Shown: positions 24,675 to 34,382, counted from the first letter of the stretch. The stretch is 46,871 bases of DNA from Candidatus Methylomirabilota bacterium (GCA_016212365.1 JACRGL010000111.1:1-46871), one strand, 5' to 3'. Numbers and translations: made by a program. The notes: a model not told the origin generated them from the letters alone.

Positions 24675-24687
24675 GTCTCCGGTCTCT
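24667..24687. repeat. Tandem heptanucleotide repeat CGTCTCA AGTCTCC GGTCTCT
   Basis: Three phased units overlap the start codon region of the M48 gene. The NGTCTCN core is the same as at 23245-23265. Confidence 0.45.
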
Positions 24688-24703
24688 TCTTTCTACACTA
24701 GTC

Positions 24704-25945
24704 TCATATCTGCAACAGGTAGCGCCTCACCATCTCCAGGGCCATCTGAGAAGCCCGGAACTTGTTGACCTCCCTATCCCCCAGGATGCGGTGCTCCTGA
24801 GATGTGACGCCTTCCTCGGTAGCCAGGGCTATATAGACCAGGCCCACCGGCTTCTCCGGGCTCCCCCCACTTGGGCCAGCAATCCCGGTCACCCCTAATC
24901 CCAGATGGGTACGGGCCGGACGCCGCACTCCGGTAGCCATGGCCTCGGCTACCTCCCGGCTCACCGCACCCCTTGACCGCAGAAGTTCGGGTGGAACGCC
25001 CAGGAGGGCCTCCATGGCCCGGTTGCTGTAGGCTACTACCGCCCGCTCAAAGTAGTCTGAGCTTCCAGGGACGTTGGTAAGGCGGTGCCCGATAAGACCA
25101 CCGGTACAGGACTCGGCTAAGGCCAGGGTCCTTCCCTTCTCCCGGAGGAGCAAGCCCACTACCTCCTCCAGGGTCTGGGCATCCCGACCAAATATATGCC
25201 CCCCCAGGCGCTCTCGGATACTCCCTTCGAGCCCCGAGAGTAGGCCCTCCACTTCCTCCTCATTAGAGCCCCTGGCGGTTAGACGGATATGAACCTCGCC
25301 CGGGTAGGCCAGCAATCCGATGGTAGGGTTTCTTGAAGCCCGGATGAGGTCCCCAAGGGTTTGATCCACGACAGACTCACCTATGGAGCAGGTCTTCAGG
25401 ATCCGGGAGCGGGTTCGGGCGCCGGGTTTATAGCTCTCGCAGAGATATGGGATAACCTGCTCCACTAGGATGGGCCGCATCTCGCTGGGAACCCCAGGAA
25501 GGGCCACCACCGTCTTGGACCCTGAGCACATGAGAAGGCCGGGCGCCGTCCCTCTAGGATTCTCCAGGACCTTTGCCCCCCTTGGGATTAAGGCCTGTTT
25601 CTCGTTGTTTGGGGACATGGGAAGGCCCCTGGAGGAAAAGCGGTGGCGGATCTTTTCTAAGATCTCATCATGGAGGATCAGGCGCTTTTCCAGAACCCGG
25701 CTAAAGACCTTCTTGGTGAGGTCATCTTCGGTAGGCCCCAATCCCCCGGTGGCAATCACTATATCCGAACGCTCCAGGGCCTGGCGGAGGGCAGCCTCTA
25801 TGGAGCGCTCATTATCGCCCACTGTGGTCTTGAAGTGGACCTCGATCCCGACTGCCATAAGCTCGGAGGCAATTGAGGCGGCGTTTGTATCCAGGACTTG
25901 ACCTATAAGGAGCTCTGTCCCAATGGTAATAATCTCGGCCGGCAT
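24704..25945 (-). CDS. cinA: CinA family protein (MoCF-binding domain plus nicotinamide-nucleotide amidohydrolase PncC domain)
   Basis: 413 aa, with MPAEIITIGTELLIGQVLDTNAASIA..., GGLGPTEDDLT, and C-terminal AESCTGGLIGHRLTNVPGSSDYF. Confidence 0.93.
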   Translation of the reverse strand: MPAEIITIGTELLIGQVLDTNAASIASELMAVGIEVHFKTTVGDNERSIEAALRQALERSDIVIATGGLGPTEDDLTKKVFSRVLEKRLILHDEILEKIRHRFSSRGLPMSPNNEKQALIPRGAKVLENPRGTAPGLLMCSGSKTVVALPGVPSEMRPILVEQVIPYLCESYKPGARTRSRILKTCSIGESVVDQTLGDLIRASRNPTIGLLAYPGEVHIRLTARGSNEEEVEGLLSGLEGSIRERLGGHIFGRDAQTLEEVVGLLLREKGRTLALAESCTGGLIGHRLTNVPGSSDYFERAVVAYSNRAMEALLGVPPELLRSRGAVSREVAEAMATGVRRPARTHLGLGVTGIAGPSGGSPEKPVGLVYIALATEEGVTSQEHRILGDREVNKFRASQMALEMVRRYLLQI

Positions 25946-25980
25946 GACTCACCCCGCTTCCAGCAATCAGCCATTAGCGA

Positions 25981-26088
25981 TGTAGGGGCGAACGTCCCTG
26001 TTCGCCCTTGGGACGACACAGAGGTCCTCCCCTACATGATTGATTATGATTCCTGCACGTAGGGTCTCGTAGGGGCAAACGTCCCTAC
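25981..26088. repeat. REP-like palindromic elements, family A (composite)
   Basis: 25981-26036 has TGTAGGGG...CCCCTACA ends and an internal 8-bp hairpin, GGGCGAAC-GTCCCT-GTTCGCCC (25986-26007). 26069-26088 is a second hairpin, GTAGGGGCAAACGTCCCTAC, that contains the pgpA stop codon (26085-26087). Confidence 0.6.
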
Positions 26089-26540
26089 ACTCCCCCGAAA
26101 AGGGAGCTAAAGATCCGCAATGTGATATTCGTATAGGCCCCGGCCACCAAGTCATCGGCCATTACCCCCAAGCCCCCAGGGAGGATCTGGGTCTGCTTGA
26201 CAGGGAAGGGCTTCCAGATATCGTATAGGCGAAAGAAGAAGAGGGCAAGGAGAAGGGGAAGGGGGCGGGGGGGAAGAAAGAGCATTGCTACCTGGTAGCC
26301 GAAGATCTCGTCAATTACGATGGGCTTGGCGTCGCGCGCACCTAGGAGAACCTCGGCCCGGCCTGCTGTATAGACCCCAATGGCGCCGAGGGCCAAGAGC
26401 AAGGCTAGATGGAGGCCCTGGGGGATACGGGAAAGAAGGAGGAAGACCCCTACACCCAGGGTGCTCCCGACAGTCCCGGGAAAATAAGGGAAGAAACCGC
26501 TATAGGCACCTGTGGCCAGGAAGAGGATGACCTTGTCCAA
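26085..26540 (-). CDS. pgpA: Phosphatidylglycerophosphatase A
   Basis: 151 aa, with GAYSGFFPYFPGTVGSTLGV..., IVIDEIFGY, DIWKPFP, and GGLGVMADDLVAGAY. Confidence 0.9.
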   Translation of the reverse strand: MDKVILFLATGAYSGFFPYFPGTVGSTLGVGVFLLLSRIPQGLHLALLLALGAIGVYTAGRAEVLLGARDAKPIVIDEIFGYQVAMLFLPPRPLPLLLALFFFRLYDIWKPFPVKQTQILPGGLGVMADDLVAGAYTNITLRIFSSLFGGV

Positions 26541-26595
26541 AGAAGCCCCACTAAGATGGATAAAGCCGCAGGTATTGCCAAGGTGATAAGGGCAG

Positions 26596-28506
26596 TCACC
26601 TCTCAGTTTTTTCTGATTGCTGATCGCTGCCTTTTTCGCCGGCCAGGCACACCTGGTTCCTCCCCTGGGCCTTGGCTCGATAGAGGGCCTGATCGGCGGC
26701 GTGGACCAGCTCTTCCATCCGCTTCACAGGGGGGAAGTAGGTGGCCACCCCCAGACTGATGGTGAGCTTACCCCGGGGCTGGACCTCCTCGGCCTCAAAG
26801 AGATGCCGCTCCACTGCAGCACGGATCCTCTCCGCCTGGACCTCTGCCTGGGCCAGGTCGGTCTCGGGGAGGATGAGGGTAAACTCCTCACCCCCATAGC
26901 GGGCGATCACGTCCACATCGCGGGCGTTTCGCCGTAGAACCCCGGCCAATTGCCGTAAAGCCTCATCCCCCTTGAGGTGCCCACAGCGGTCGTTATAGTT
27001 CTTAAAGTAGTCTATATCAACCATGATCAGGGAGAGGGGACGCTTGTAGCGCTGGGCCCGCTTGATCTCCGCCTCCAATACCTGATAGAAGTGACGGTGG
27101 TTATAAAGGCCGGTTAGCTCATCGGTGATAGCCAGGCGGGTCTTCTCCTCAAAGAGGAGGGCATTCTCGATGGCAATGGCCGCCTGGTTAGCAAAGTGGG
27201 AGAGGAGCTCCACCTCCTCGTTGCTGAAGCGGTGAACCTGGGCCAGGTAGACATTCAGGACTCCCAGGGCCCGCTCATGAAGCACCAGGGGAACAGAAAT
27301 AAAGGAGGAATAGCCGACCAATTTGGCCACTTCCCGCCAGGGAACGAAGAGCTCGTCCCGGTGGATGTCAGTAATGGCCACCGGCCGCTTCTCCTCAAGC
27401 GCCAGCAGCGATGGGCTCCTTTCCACTCGGCTACGGATATCCTCCGCTTTTCGGATATATTCGGGGGAGAGGTTATAGCCTGCCACCACCCGGAGTTTTT
27501 TGGTGATGGGGTCCCATAGCATCAAGGAAGCCGCCACGGCATCCATTACCTGAGAGATGGAGGTGGTGAGCAGGGGCAGCACATCCTGGAGGTCGAAGGT
27601 AGAGGCCATGGTCTTCCCCACCTCGTAAAGGGCCCTAAACTCCCGTTCCCTCCGCTGGCTCTCCCCATAAAGCCGAGCCTTCTCCAAGGCCATGCCGATC
27701 TGCTGTCCTATGGATACCAAGAGTTCCCGGTCAAGGGGAAGGAAGGGATGGGGCTGCTGCCTGGCAATGCCCAGGGACCCCAGAAGTCGATCCTTGGCCT
27801 TTAAGGGGGCACAGAGTAGGTCTCGGAGCCCCTCCTTCCGGACCGCCGGGAGACGAGCCGATAAGACCGCCCCTTCCTTTATCCCAATGCGGGCCGCCAC
27901 TTCCTCTAAGAAGGCCGGAGAGAGCCCGCGCTGGACCTGAATCTGAAGTCCCGCGTCTTCCTGGAATAGGCCAATCCAACCGGCCTCCGCCTCCATGACC
28001 TGGAGCACCCCTTCCAGGGCAATCTCCAGGATCTCTCCCTGATCCAGGGATTGGCTCACCGCGGCAATAATAGCGTTCAAGGCGGAGAGCTCCCGGTTTA
28101 GCTGGATGATCTCGTGGTCTACCCTCTTGGCCCGCAAGAGGGCCTTCACCCTGGCTAGGAGCTCCTCGTTATTAAAGGGTTTAGTGAGGTAATCGTCGGC
28201 CCCAAACTCCAGACCTTCCACCTTCTCCTGGAGGGCATCCTTAGCGGTGACCATCATCACTGGGATGTGCCGGAGGCGACCATCCTCTTTAATGGCCCGA
28301 CACACCTCAAAGCCGTCGAAGCCGGGAAGCATTATGTCCAGGAGAACCAAGTCCACAGGCTGGATCTCCATGGCCTCTAAGGCCTCCTTCCCGGTATAGG
28401 CAAGACTCACCGCATAGCCTCGGCCTTCCAGGAGCACCTGGAGCATCCGAGCAATGTGGGGCTCGTCCTCGACCACTAGGATCCGAGAGCTCCCTTCCCT
28501 GCTCAT
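26596..28506 (-). CDS. Response regulator receiver - GAF - GAF - GGDEF diguanylate cyclase
   Basis: Start taken at ATG 28506 (MSREGSSRILVVEDEPH). REC domain (DLVLLDIMLPGFDG, phospho-acceptor Asp), two GAF-like segments, and a C-terminal GGDEF domain with ARYGGEEF and an RxxD-like I-site context. The track's 33-aa N-terminal extension is the terminator hairpin. Confidence 0.9.
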   Translation of the reverse strand: MSREGSSRILVVEDEPHIARMLQVLLEGRGYAVSLAYTGKEALEAMEIQPVDLVLLDIMLPGFDGFEVCRAIKEDGRLRHIPVMMVTAKDALQEKVEGLEFGADDYLTKPFNNEELLARVKALLRAKRVDHEIIQLNRELSALNAIIAAVSQSLDQGEILEIALEGVLQVMEAEAGWIGLFQEDAGLQIQVQRGLSPAFLEEVAARIGIKEGAVLSARLPAVRKEGLRDLLCAPLKAKDRLLGSLGIARQQPHPFLPLDRELLVSIGQQIGMALEKARLYGESQRREREFRALYEVGKTMASTFDLQDVLPLLTTSISQVMDAVAASLMLWDPITKKLRVVAGYNLSPEYIRKAEDIRSRVERSPSLLALEEKRPVAITDIHRDELFVPWREVAKLVGYSSFISVPLVLHERALGVLNVYLAQVHRFSNEEVELLSHFANQAAIAIENALLFEEKTRLAITDELTGLYNHRHFYQVLEAEIKRAQRYKRPLSLIMVDIDYFKNYNDRCGHLKGDEALRQLAGVLRRNARDVDVIARYGGEEFTLILPETDLAQAEVQAERIRAAVERHLFEAEEVQPRGKLTISLGVATYFPPVKRMEELVHAADQALYRAKAQGRNQVCLAGEKGSDQQSEKTER

Positions 28507-28584
28507 TATTAGGCAACCTCTTTCCGGAACTCTGACACCCAGAGTCCCAACCAATAGCTTCGCCTCACCATAAATCAATAGCCT

Positions 28585-28627
28585 AAAAAAGTCAAGGGGC
28601 ACCAAGGCATTTACCCGGTGCCCCTTG
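28585..28627 (-). terminator. Rho-independent terminator downstream of the kinase genes
   Basis: On the minus strand, an 11-bp perfect stem CAAGGGGCACC/GGTGCCCCTTG (28617-28627 pairs with 28593-28603) with a 13-nt loop, followed by AC TTTTTT (28590-28585). Confidence 0.75.
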
Positions 28628-28742
28628 TCATTTATATCGCGGCGCGGCCTAGGAAACCTCCAGAACTCCCCTTATCTGCCCCCCAGGTTTTCCAGCTCGA
28701 ATGGCTTGAGAAGGGCATCAATTGATCTAGGAACCGGCTCTA

Positions 28743-29693
28743 TCACGGTGTCTTGGGTGCCTTGGGGATGGTGAAGGAGAAGCGGCTGCCCTTCCCCTCT
28801 TCGCTCTCAACCCAGATCCTGCCTCCGTGTTCCTCTACGATGGCCTTGGCTATGCTGAGGCCCAGGCCGAGGCCGCCAGGGGTCCGAGGATCGGCTGGCT
28901 TTCCCTGGTAAAACTTATCAAAGACCTTGGCCTGTTCCTCAAGGGGAATGCCGCCACCGGTATCGGTCACCGCCACTAACAGGTCCTCCTCCCGCTCTCT
29001 GAGCTCTACCCGTACCCTCCCTCCCCTAGGGGTAAACTTAATGGCATTGTCGAGGAGGTTTATGAGCACTTCCTTCAGCCTGTCCTCATCGGCAAGGGCT
29101 AGGGGTACCCCTTCTGGTAGCTCCAGTTTCACCTCTATCCCTTTCTCCTGGGCAAATCCCTGGAGGCCCTCCCAAGAGAAGCGGATGACTGGGGCCAGGT
29201 CGATGGGGGCCAACTCCAGACCCAACCGGCCAGATTCGATACGGACCAGGTCCAGGAGGTTACTTATCAGGCGGATGAGCCGATCGGTATTAAGCCGGGC
29301 AATAGCAAGGAACTCCCGGGGGACCTCACCTTCCAGGGAGACCTCGCCTGCCAGGATACCCAGGGCACCCTTGATGGAGGTTAGGGGGGTGCGAAGCTCG
29401 TGAGAGACAGTGGCCAGTATTTCCGACTTCCTTTGATCCAGCCCCTTGAGCTCTTCCATGGACCTCTCCAGTTCCTCCCTCCTCCCCTGGAGGTCGGCCA
29501 CATGTTTGACCAGATCCAGATTGACCCCTAGAAGGTCGCGGTTGGCCCTCTCCAACTCCTCCGCCCGTTCCTTCACCCGGGCCCAGGAGGACTCCAGTTC
29601 GACGACCCGCTCGGAAAGGTGCTTAGCCAGTAAGCGGTGGGACTCCGCCATCTTTTCAAAGGCTTGGGCCAAGTGGCTGAGGATATCGGCCAC
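28743..29693 (-). CDS. Cytoplasmic histidine kinase (coiled-coil N-terminus, HisKA, HATPase_c)
   Basis: 316 aa. The GTG start is 2 nt after the upstream stop, with RBS AAGGGAGG. H-box [15 protein letters not shown]-box [13 protein letters not shown]-boxes DTGGGIP and [11 protein letters not shown]. No TM or recognised sensor domain. Confidence 0.9.
   Translation of the reverse strand: MADILSHLAQAFEKMAESHRLLAKHLSERVVELESSWARVKERAEELERANRDLLGVNLDLVKHVADLQGRREELERSMEELKGLDQRKSEILATVSHELRTPLTSIKGALGILAGEVSLEGEVPREFLAIARLNTDRLIRLISNLLDLVRIESGRLGLELAPIDLAPVIRFSWEGLQGFAQEKGIEVKLELPEGVPLALADEDRLKEVLINLLDNAIKFTPRGGRVRVELREREEDLLVAVTDTGGGIPLEEQAKVFDKFYQGKPADPRTPGGLGLGLSIAKAIVEEHGGRIWVESEEGKGSRFSFTIPKAPKTP
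28762..28868. repeat. 107-nt near-identical segment, copy 1 (3' end of the kinase gene)
   Basis: Matches 29706-29812 at 106 of 107 positions (C at 28806 versus T). It encodes [36 protein letters not shown] in both genes. Confidence 0.9.
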
Positions 29694-29695
29694 CT

Positions 29696-31249
29696 TTACC
29701 TCCCTTTGGGGATGGTGAAGGAGAAGCGGCTGCCCTTCCCCTCTTCGCTTTCAACCCAGATCCTGCCTCCGTGTTCCTCTACGATGGCCTTGGCTATGCT
29801 GAGGCCCAGGCCAGTCCCTTCGGCCTTCCCTTCACCCGGGGCCGGGGCCCGAAAGAATCTATCAAAGATCCGGTTCAGATACCTTCGAGGGACCCCTACC
29901 CCTGAGTCCTGGACAGCGACCTGGACCTCCCCGGGGGCATCCTTCACCTCCACGGCGATGGTACCCCTTGGGGGCGTGAATTTTATGGCATTACCCAGGA
30001 GGTTTAGGAAGACCTGTTCCATCCGTAAGGGATCTGCGAGGAGTGTAGGGATCTCCTCCTTCACAACCATGCTCATGGATAGACCTTTCTCATCAGCCAG
30101 GTTTTTGACTCTTTCCATAACGGATCGGAGGGAGCCCGGTAGATCAAAGGGCTCCTTTCGAACCTCTAGCCTCCCGGCCTCAATACGCGATAGATCCAGG
30201 AGGTCGCTCACCATGTGGAATAGCCGATCGGTATTCTTGTTGGCGATCTGGAGCAACTCCCGCCGGAGATCAATGCCAGTATCTTTATCGGCGAGGACCT
30301 CTAAGGAGCCCTTTATTGCAGCTAAAGGGGTATGGAGATCGTGGGAGACCATGGCTAGGAAATCCGTCTTCAATTGATCCAGCTCCTGGAGCCTCTGGTT
30401 GAGGATGGAAAGCTCCTCGATCTTCTTCACCAGCTCGGTGATGTCCTGGATGATCATGAAAAAACCATCGTACTTTGGGCCCTCCCACATGCTGGCGAAG
30501 TTGACCCGCAAAACCCTGTCCCCATAGGGTAGGGTAATGGCCTCGTCCTTGGGGTGCCCTGCCCTGGCCAGCCGGTCTAAGATCTCCCTCACTTCGGGAT
30601 GGACCTGGGGATCGAAGATCTGGAGGAAGGACCTCCCGATGAGTTCCACCTCGCCTCTCCCCAGCATCCTTAGCCCCGCCGGGTTCGCATAAATCACTTT
30701 ATCAGCCAGGTCCACTTCCACCACCCCCTCCCCCATATTCTTGAGGAGGGCCTCCCGATGTCGGCGAATGGCCAATAGCTCCTTAACCAGCTCCCGCGGA
30801 TGGGCCTTATCTAAGCCCAGGATAGCTTCCCCTTCGACCCTTTCCGCCTCCCTTCCCTCCAGCCTCCTGAGGGTAGTGATTACGTGGCCCTTGAGCTCCT
30901 CGATACGCCCCTTGGCCACATAAGCATCGGCCCCGATCTCCAGGATCTTGGCCTTATCCTCGGCCATAGTGGCCGAGAGGATCACCACCGGGATGTCCCG
31001 GGTGCGGGGGTTCCCTTTGAGATACTGGCACACCCGGTCCCCGTCGATCTTTGGCATTACGATGTCAAGAAAGATGAGGTCAGGGGATTCCGCTTCGACC
31101 TTTTCCAGGGCCTCTAGCCCGTCATAGGCCTTGATCACCCTATACCCTTGAGCATAGAGGACATCCCCAATGAATTCCACGTAGAACTTGTCATTATCAA
31201 CCACCAGGGCCTTTTTCATGCCTACTGCCGATTCAGGGTTTCTTCTCAT
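29696..31249 (-). CDS. Receiver - PAS - histidine kinase (REC-HK hybrid)
   Basis: 517 aa (alternative start ATG 31219, [10 protein letters not shown]). REC ([14 protein letters not shown]), a PAS-like middle section ([24 protein letters not shown]), H-box [13 protein letters not shown], and an HATPase_c C-terminus. Confidence 0.9.
   Translation of the reverse strand: MRRNPESAVGMKKALVVDNDKFYVEFIGDVLYAQGYRVIKAYDGLEALEKVEAESPDLIFLDIVMPKIDGDRVCQYLKGNPRTRDIPVVILSATMAEDKAKILEIGADAYVAKGRIEELKGHVITTLRRLEGREAERVEGEAILGLDKAHPRELVKELLAIRRHREALLKNMGEGVVEVDLADKVIYANPAGLRMLGRGEVELIGRSFLQIFDPQVHPEVREILDRLARAGHPKDEAITLPYGDRVLRVNFASMWEGPKYDGFFMIIQDITELVKKIEELSILNQRLQELDQLKTDFLAMVSHDLHTPLAAIKGSLEVLADKDTGIDLRRELLQIANKNTDRLFHMVSDLLDLSRIEAGRLEVRKEPFDLPGSLRSVMERVKNLADEKGLSMSMVVKEEIPTLLADPLRMEQVFLNLLGNAIKFTPPRGTIAVEVKDAPGEVQVAVQDSGVGVPRRYLNRIFDRFFRAPAPGEGKAEGTGLGLSIAKAIVEEHGGRIWVESEEGKGSRFSFTIPKGR
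29706..29812. repeat. 107-nt near-identical segment, copy 2 (3' end of the hybrid kinase gene)
   Basis: See 28762-28868. It is a direct repeat 944 nt away, and sequence outside the block is clearly diverged. Confidence 0.9.
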
Positions 31250-31252
31250 TTC

Positions 31253-31263
31253 CTGACCCCATT
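31253..31263. repeat. Solo copy of the CTGACCCCA(A)TT motif that flanks the RAYT-like gene
   Basis: CTGACCCCATT lies in the spacer just upstream of the REC-HK gene; compare CTGACCCCAATT at 3747-3758. The match is short and could be chance. Confidence 0.3.
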
Positions 31264-31472
31264 AAATTTTTGTGCAATCTTCGTGCCTTTTATAGGCATT
31301 TAGTGTCAACGCTTGCCAGATGCGGGTTTTTGGCTTCATACCTTTTAGAATCGTCCAGGAGACCCTGAACTACGGGGATCTTTCCGCACGAGGTGTAGGA
31401 TAATCCTCCACCCTTGATTCTATTAGGGGGTCCGAAGGGGATGCCAGCCCTGAGAGGCCCTGGGCTCCTACC

Positions 31473-32168
31473 TCATTTCCCTGGCATAAGAGGGGACTTT
31501 AAGACCTCCGCCCCTGGAGGCGGCTCGAAGGTAAACTTTGAATCGGCCAAGCCGACGTTTAATCGCATACCTTTAATGGCGATGGCGGTGGTGTTGGCGT
31601 AGACATCATAGACCGTAGCCTTATCGACCAGAAAGGTCTTGGGATTCACTTCAAGGCTCACCTTTCCCAGGGTAGCATCGGGCCTCTTGGGGTAGAGATC
31701 GAGAAGGTAGAATCCCTGTTTGTTCGTCCCTGTTCTGGTGCTGAACTTGACATCGAAGTCGGCCCGGATGTTCCCCTTACCCGTCAGAAAACCCAAAGGG
31801 ACCTCCGAGGAGAAGGCGGTCGAGACATCTTGGATGATGACTTGCTTTGACTCAGGGGTGTAGATCCAGAGGGTCTGGCCATCGCTTACTACCAGGCGGG
31901 CCTCAGGGACCTTATATTCCCAGCGCATCTTTCCCGGTCTCTTCATGTAGACCAGCCCCCCGGCCTCCTGGGTCTGTCCGAGGGACTTTAATGTAGAGAC
32001 CTGATGGAAGCGGCCGGAAAAGTCCTCCACCTTTTGATAGGAGGCTTGGAGCCGATCTATCACCTCCTCCAGGGTAAGGGAGAAAGCTGGGAGAGCTGAG
32101 AGCAGGATTAGGAGTGCTGTGGGGAGGATTAAAGCGAACCTGACAGCCCACTGTCGGAGGTTAGCCAT
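31473..32168 (-). CDS. lolA: Outer-membrane lipoprotein carrier protein LolA
   Basis: 231 aa. Signal peptide, then SFQASY-type N-terminus (LQASYQKVEDFSGRFHQ) and GLVYMKRPGKMRWEY. It holds the conserved position downstream of ftsK. Confidence 0.85.
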   Translation of the reverse strand: MANLRQWAVRFALILPTALLILLSALPAFSLTLEEVIDRLQASYQKVEDFSGRFHQVSTLKSLGQTQEAGGLVYMKRPGKMRWEYKVPEARLVVSDGQTLWIYTPESKQVIIQDVSTAFSSEVPLGFLTGKGNIRADFDVKFSTRTGTNKQGFYLLDLYPKRPDATLGKVSLEVNPKTFLVDKATVYDVYANTTAIAIKGMRLNVGLADSKFTFEPPPGAEVLKSPLMPGK

Positions 32169-32198
32169 TTTTAAAGAAGGTAGTAAGGATCATCATCT

Positions 32199-34337
32199 CT
32201 ACTCTCTAGCCCTCCTCCCCACCAATACCTCCCTGGGCTTGCCACCCTCCAACGGGCTCACTATCCCCTCGCTTTCCATCTTCTCTATCATCCGAGCGGC
32301 GCGGTTATATCCAACCCGGAGCCGACGCTGGAGCATGGAAATGGAGGCCTGCCTGGTCTCAAGCACTAGGGATACCGCTTGGGGGTAAAGTGCGTCCACC
32401 TCATCGCCCCACGGCTCCGGGGCCTCCGGTCCAGGGAGCCATAGGAGGTCCTCTTCAGGGGCAGGGCCCTGCCGGACCAGGAAGTCTACAACCCTACGAA
32501 CCTCGGGCTCCGAGACATAGCAACCATGGACCCTTACTGGCTTACCGCTTCCCGGTGGGATAAAGAGCATATCTCCGTTCCCCAGGAGCTGCTCGGCCCC
32601 ATTCATGTCCAAAATGGTGCGGGAGTCCACCTTTGAGGAGACCTGGAAGGAAATGCGCGCCGGGAAGTTGGCCTTAATAACCCCGGTAATGACGTCCACC
32701 GAGGGCCGTTGGGTAGCCACAATGAGGTGGATCCCCACTCCCCGTGCCATTTGGGTGAGCCTGGCAACGGCGTTTTCCACCTCGGCTAAGGCGAGCATCA
32801 TGAGGTCGGCTAGCTCGTCAATGATGACTACCAGATAGGGTAAGGACCTTAGCCCCTCGCCTTTGGTGTTTAGGAGCATCTGGTTATAGGCGGCGAGGCT
32901 CCGCGCCCCACGCTCGGCAAAGAGACGGTAACGCTCCTCCATGTGGGTCACCAACTGCTGGAGCTTCCTGGCCGCCTCTTTTGCGTCTACCACTACCGGG
33001 TCTGCCAGATGGGGCAGGCCGTTATAGGCCGAGAGCTCCACTCGCTTAGGATCAACGAGCAAAAGGCGCACCTCTTCCGGGGTGGCCTTATAGACTAGAC
33101 TGAGGATGAGGGCGTTCAAAAATACGCTCTTTCCAGAACCAGTAGCCCCAGCTATGAGGAGATGGGGCATCTGGCCCAGATCAGCCACGTAAGGGTTCCC
33201 GGCGGTATCCTTGCCCAAGGCCAGGCAGAGCTTGGAAATCGCATCCTGGTATCCGGGGAAGGCCAGGACTTCCCTCAAGTATACTACCGCCCTGTTCTTA
33301 TTGGGGATCTCTACCCCCACTGCTGCCTTTCCCGGGATCGGGGCCACTACCCGAACACTCATGGCCTTGAGGGCCAAGGCCAGATCATCGGCCAAGCTCA
33401 CGATGCGGTGGATCTTGATCCCAGGGGCAGGCTCGATCTCATAGCGGGTAATGACCGGCCCTGGATGGATCTCGATTACCCGGCCCTCAACCCCAAAGTC
33501 AAGGAGCTTGCGCTCTAGAATCTGGGAGTTGGCCAAGAGCTCATCTTCGGTGATCCCACCCTCTGGGGCTGCCGGGAGCTCCAAGAGGGACAAAGGGGGG
33601 AGGTGAAATCCCTCTGGAGGGGGAGAGGCCTCTTCGGCCTCCTCGGCTTCGAGGGCCATCCCGGCCTCAGGCGGAGAGGTCGGGAAAGCCACCTCCCGAC
33701 AAGGCCGGCTATCATCCACTGCCGGGAGCCGCCGCCGTATCGTAGCCAGCCCTTTCCAAGAAGAGCGGGCCTCCGCTACCAGCCTTCCCCAGGTCTCCAG
33801 GGCAGAACGAGAGAGGGAAAGGAGGGTCCGGCGGCTATAAAGGGCCAGGCTAAGGAGGATCCCTGTTAGACTCGAAAGATAGAGGCCGAATCCACCTAGC
33901 AGGGGATAGAGGTAGCGGCTGAGCTCTTTCCCTAAAAAGCCCCCTGGGGATTCTATCCTCAGCCGTCCTAGAAGGTTGGCTTGCCCCAGCAGTGCACTGA
34001 GCAGGCCAAGGGAGACAAGCAAGAGGAGAGAGGCAAAAACTTTCAGAGGAAAGAGATCCAGGGTTTTAGAGGTAAAGCCATACCAGCCCAGAAGGAAGAG
34101 GAGTGGCGAGAGCAAGAGGGAGGCAATCCCCAGGGTCCCTAAGAGGAATCCCGCCATGTGGGCACCGACTTTCCCGACTAGGTTTTTCACCGGGGAGCCA
34201 GAACCGCTAGAAAAGAATGAGGGGTCCTCGGGATCAAAGGAGGCAAAGCTGACCAAGAGGAGGGCAGCAAAGGCCATGAGGAGGATACCCGCCACTTCCC
34301 TTGTCTTCTCGTGCCTGAGAAGAGCTACAAACCTCAC
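32199..34337 (-). CDS. ftsK: DNA translocase FtsK
   Basis: 712 aa with a GTG start. N-terminal TM helices, a linker, a motor domain with PHLLIAGATGSGKSV and VVIIDELADLMM, and a C-terminal gamma wHTH (SISMLQRRLRVGYNRAARMIEKME). Confidence 0.97.
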   Translation of the reverse strand: MRFVALLRHEKTREVAGILLMAFAALLLVSFASFDPEDPSFFSSGSGSPVKNLVGKVGAHMAGFLLGTLGIASLLLSPLLFLLGWYGFTSKTLDLFPLKVFASLLLLVSLGLLSALLGQANLLGRLRIESPGGFLGKELSRYLYPLLGGFGLYLSSLTGILLSLALYSRRTLLSLSRSALETWGRLVAEARSSWKGLATIRRRLPAVDDSRPCREVAFPTSPPEAGMALEAEEAEEASPPPEGFHLPPLSLLELPAAPEGGITEDELLANSQILERKLLDFGVEGRVIEIHPGPVITRYEIEPAPGIKIHRIVSLADDLALALKAMSVRVVAPIPGKAAVGVEIPNKNRAVVYLREVLAFPGYQDAISKLCLALGKDTAGNPYVADLGQMPHLLIAGATGSGKSVFLNALILSLVYKATPEEVRLLLVDPKRVELSAYNGLPHLADPVVVDAKEAARKLQQLVTHMEERYRLFAERGARSLAAYNQMLLNTKGEGLRSLPYLVVIIDELADLMMLALAEVENAVARLTQMARGVGIHLIVATQRPSVDVITGVIKANFPARISFQVSSKVDSRTILDMNGAEQLLGNGDMLFIPPGSGKPVRVHGCYVSEPEVRRVVDFLVRQGPAPEEDLLWLPGPEAPEPWGDEVDALYPQAVSLVLETRQASISMLQRRLRVGYNRAARMIEKMESEGIVSPLEGGKPREVLVGRRARE

Positions 34338-34382
34338 ACCTATCCCTTTTTTGGAAACATTACGGATTTCGAATGACCTCCT

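Noticed and set aside
28507-28605. 33-codon N-terminal extension (MVPLDFF...) of the REC-GAF-GGDEF ORF from a TTG at 28605.
   Set aside because: The extension is simply the translated terminator hairpin and T-tract (28585-28627). The receiver domain starts right after ATG 28506.
31250-31472. The 220-nt spacer between lolA and the REC-HK gene was inspected for a small RNA or riboswitch.
   Set aside because: Only weak hairpins and a TTGACA without a properly spaced -10 were found, and no conserved RNA motif was recognised. It cannot be called without comparative data.
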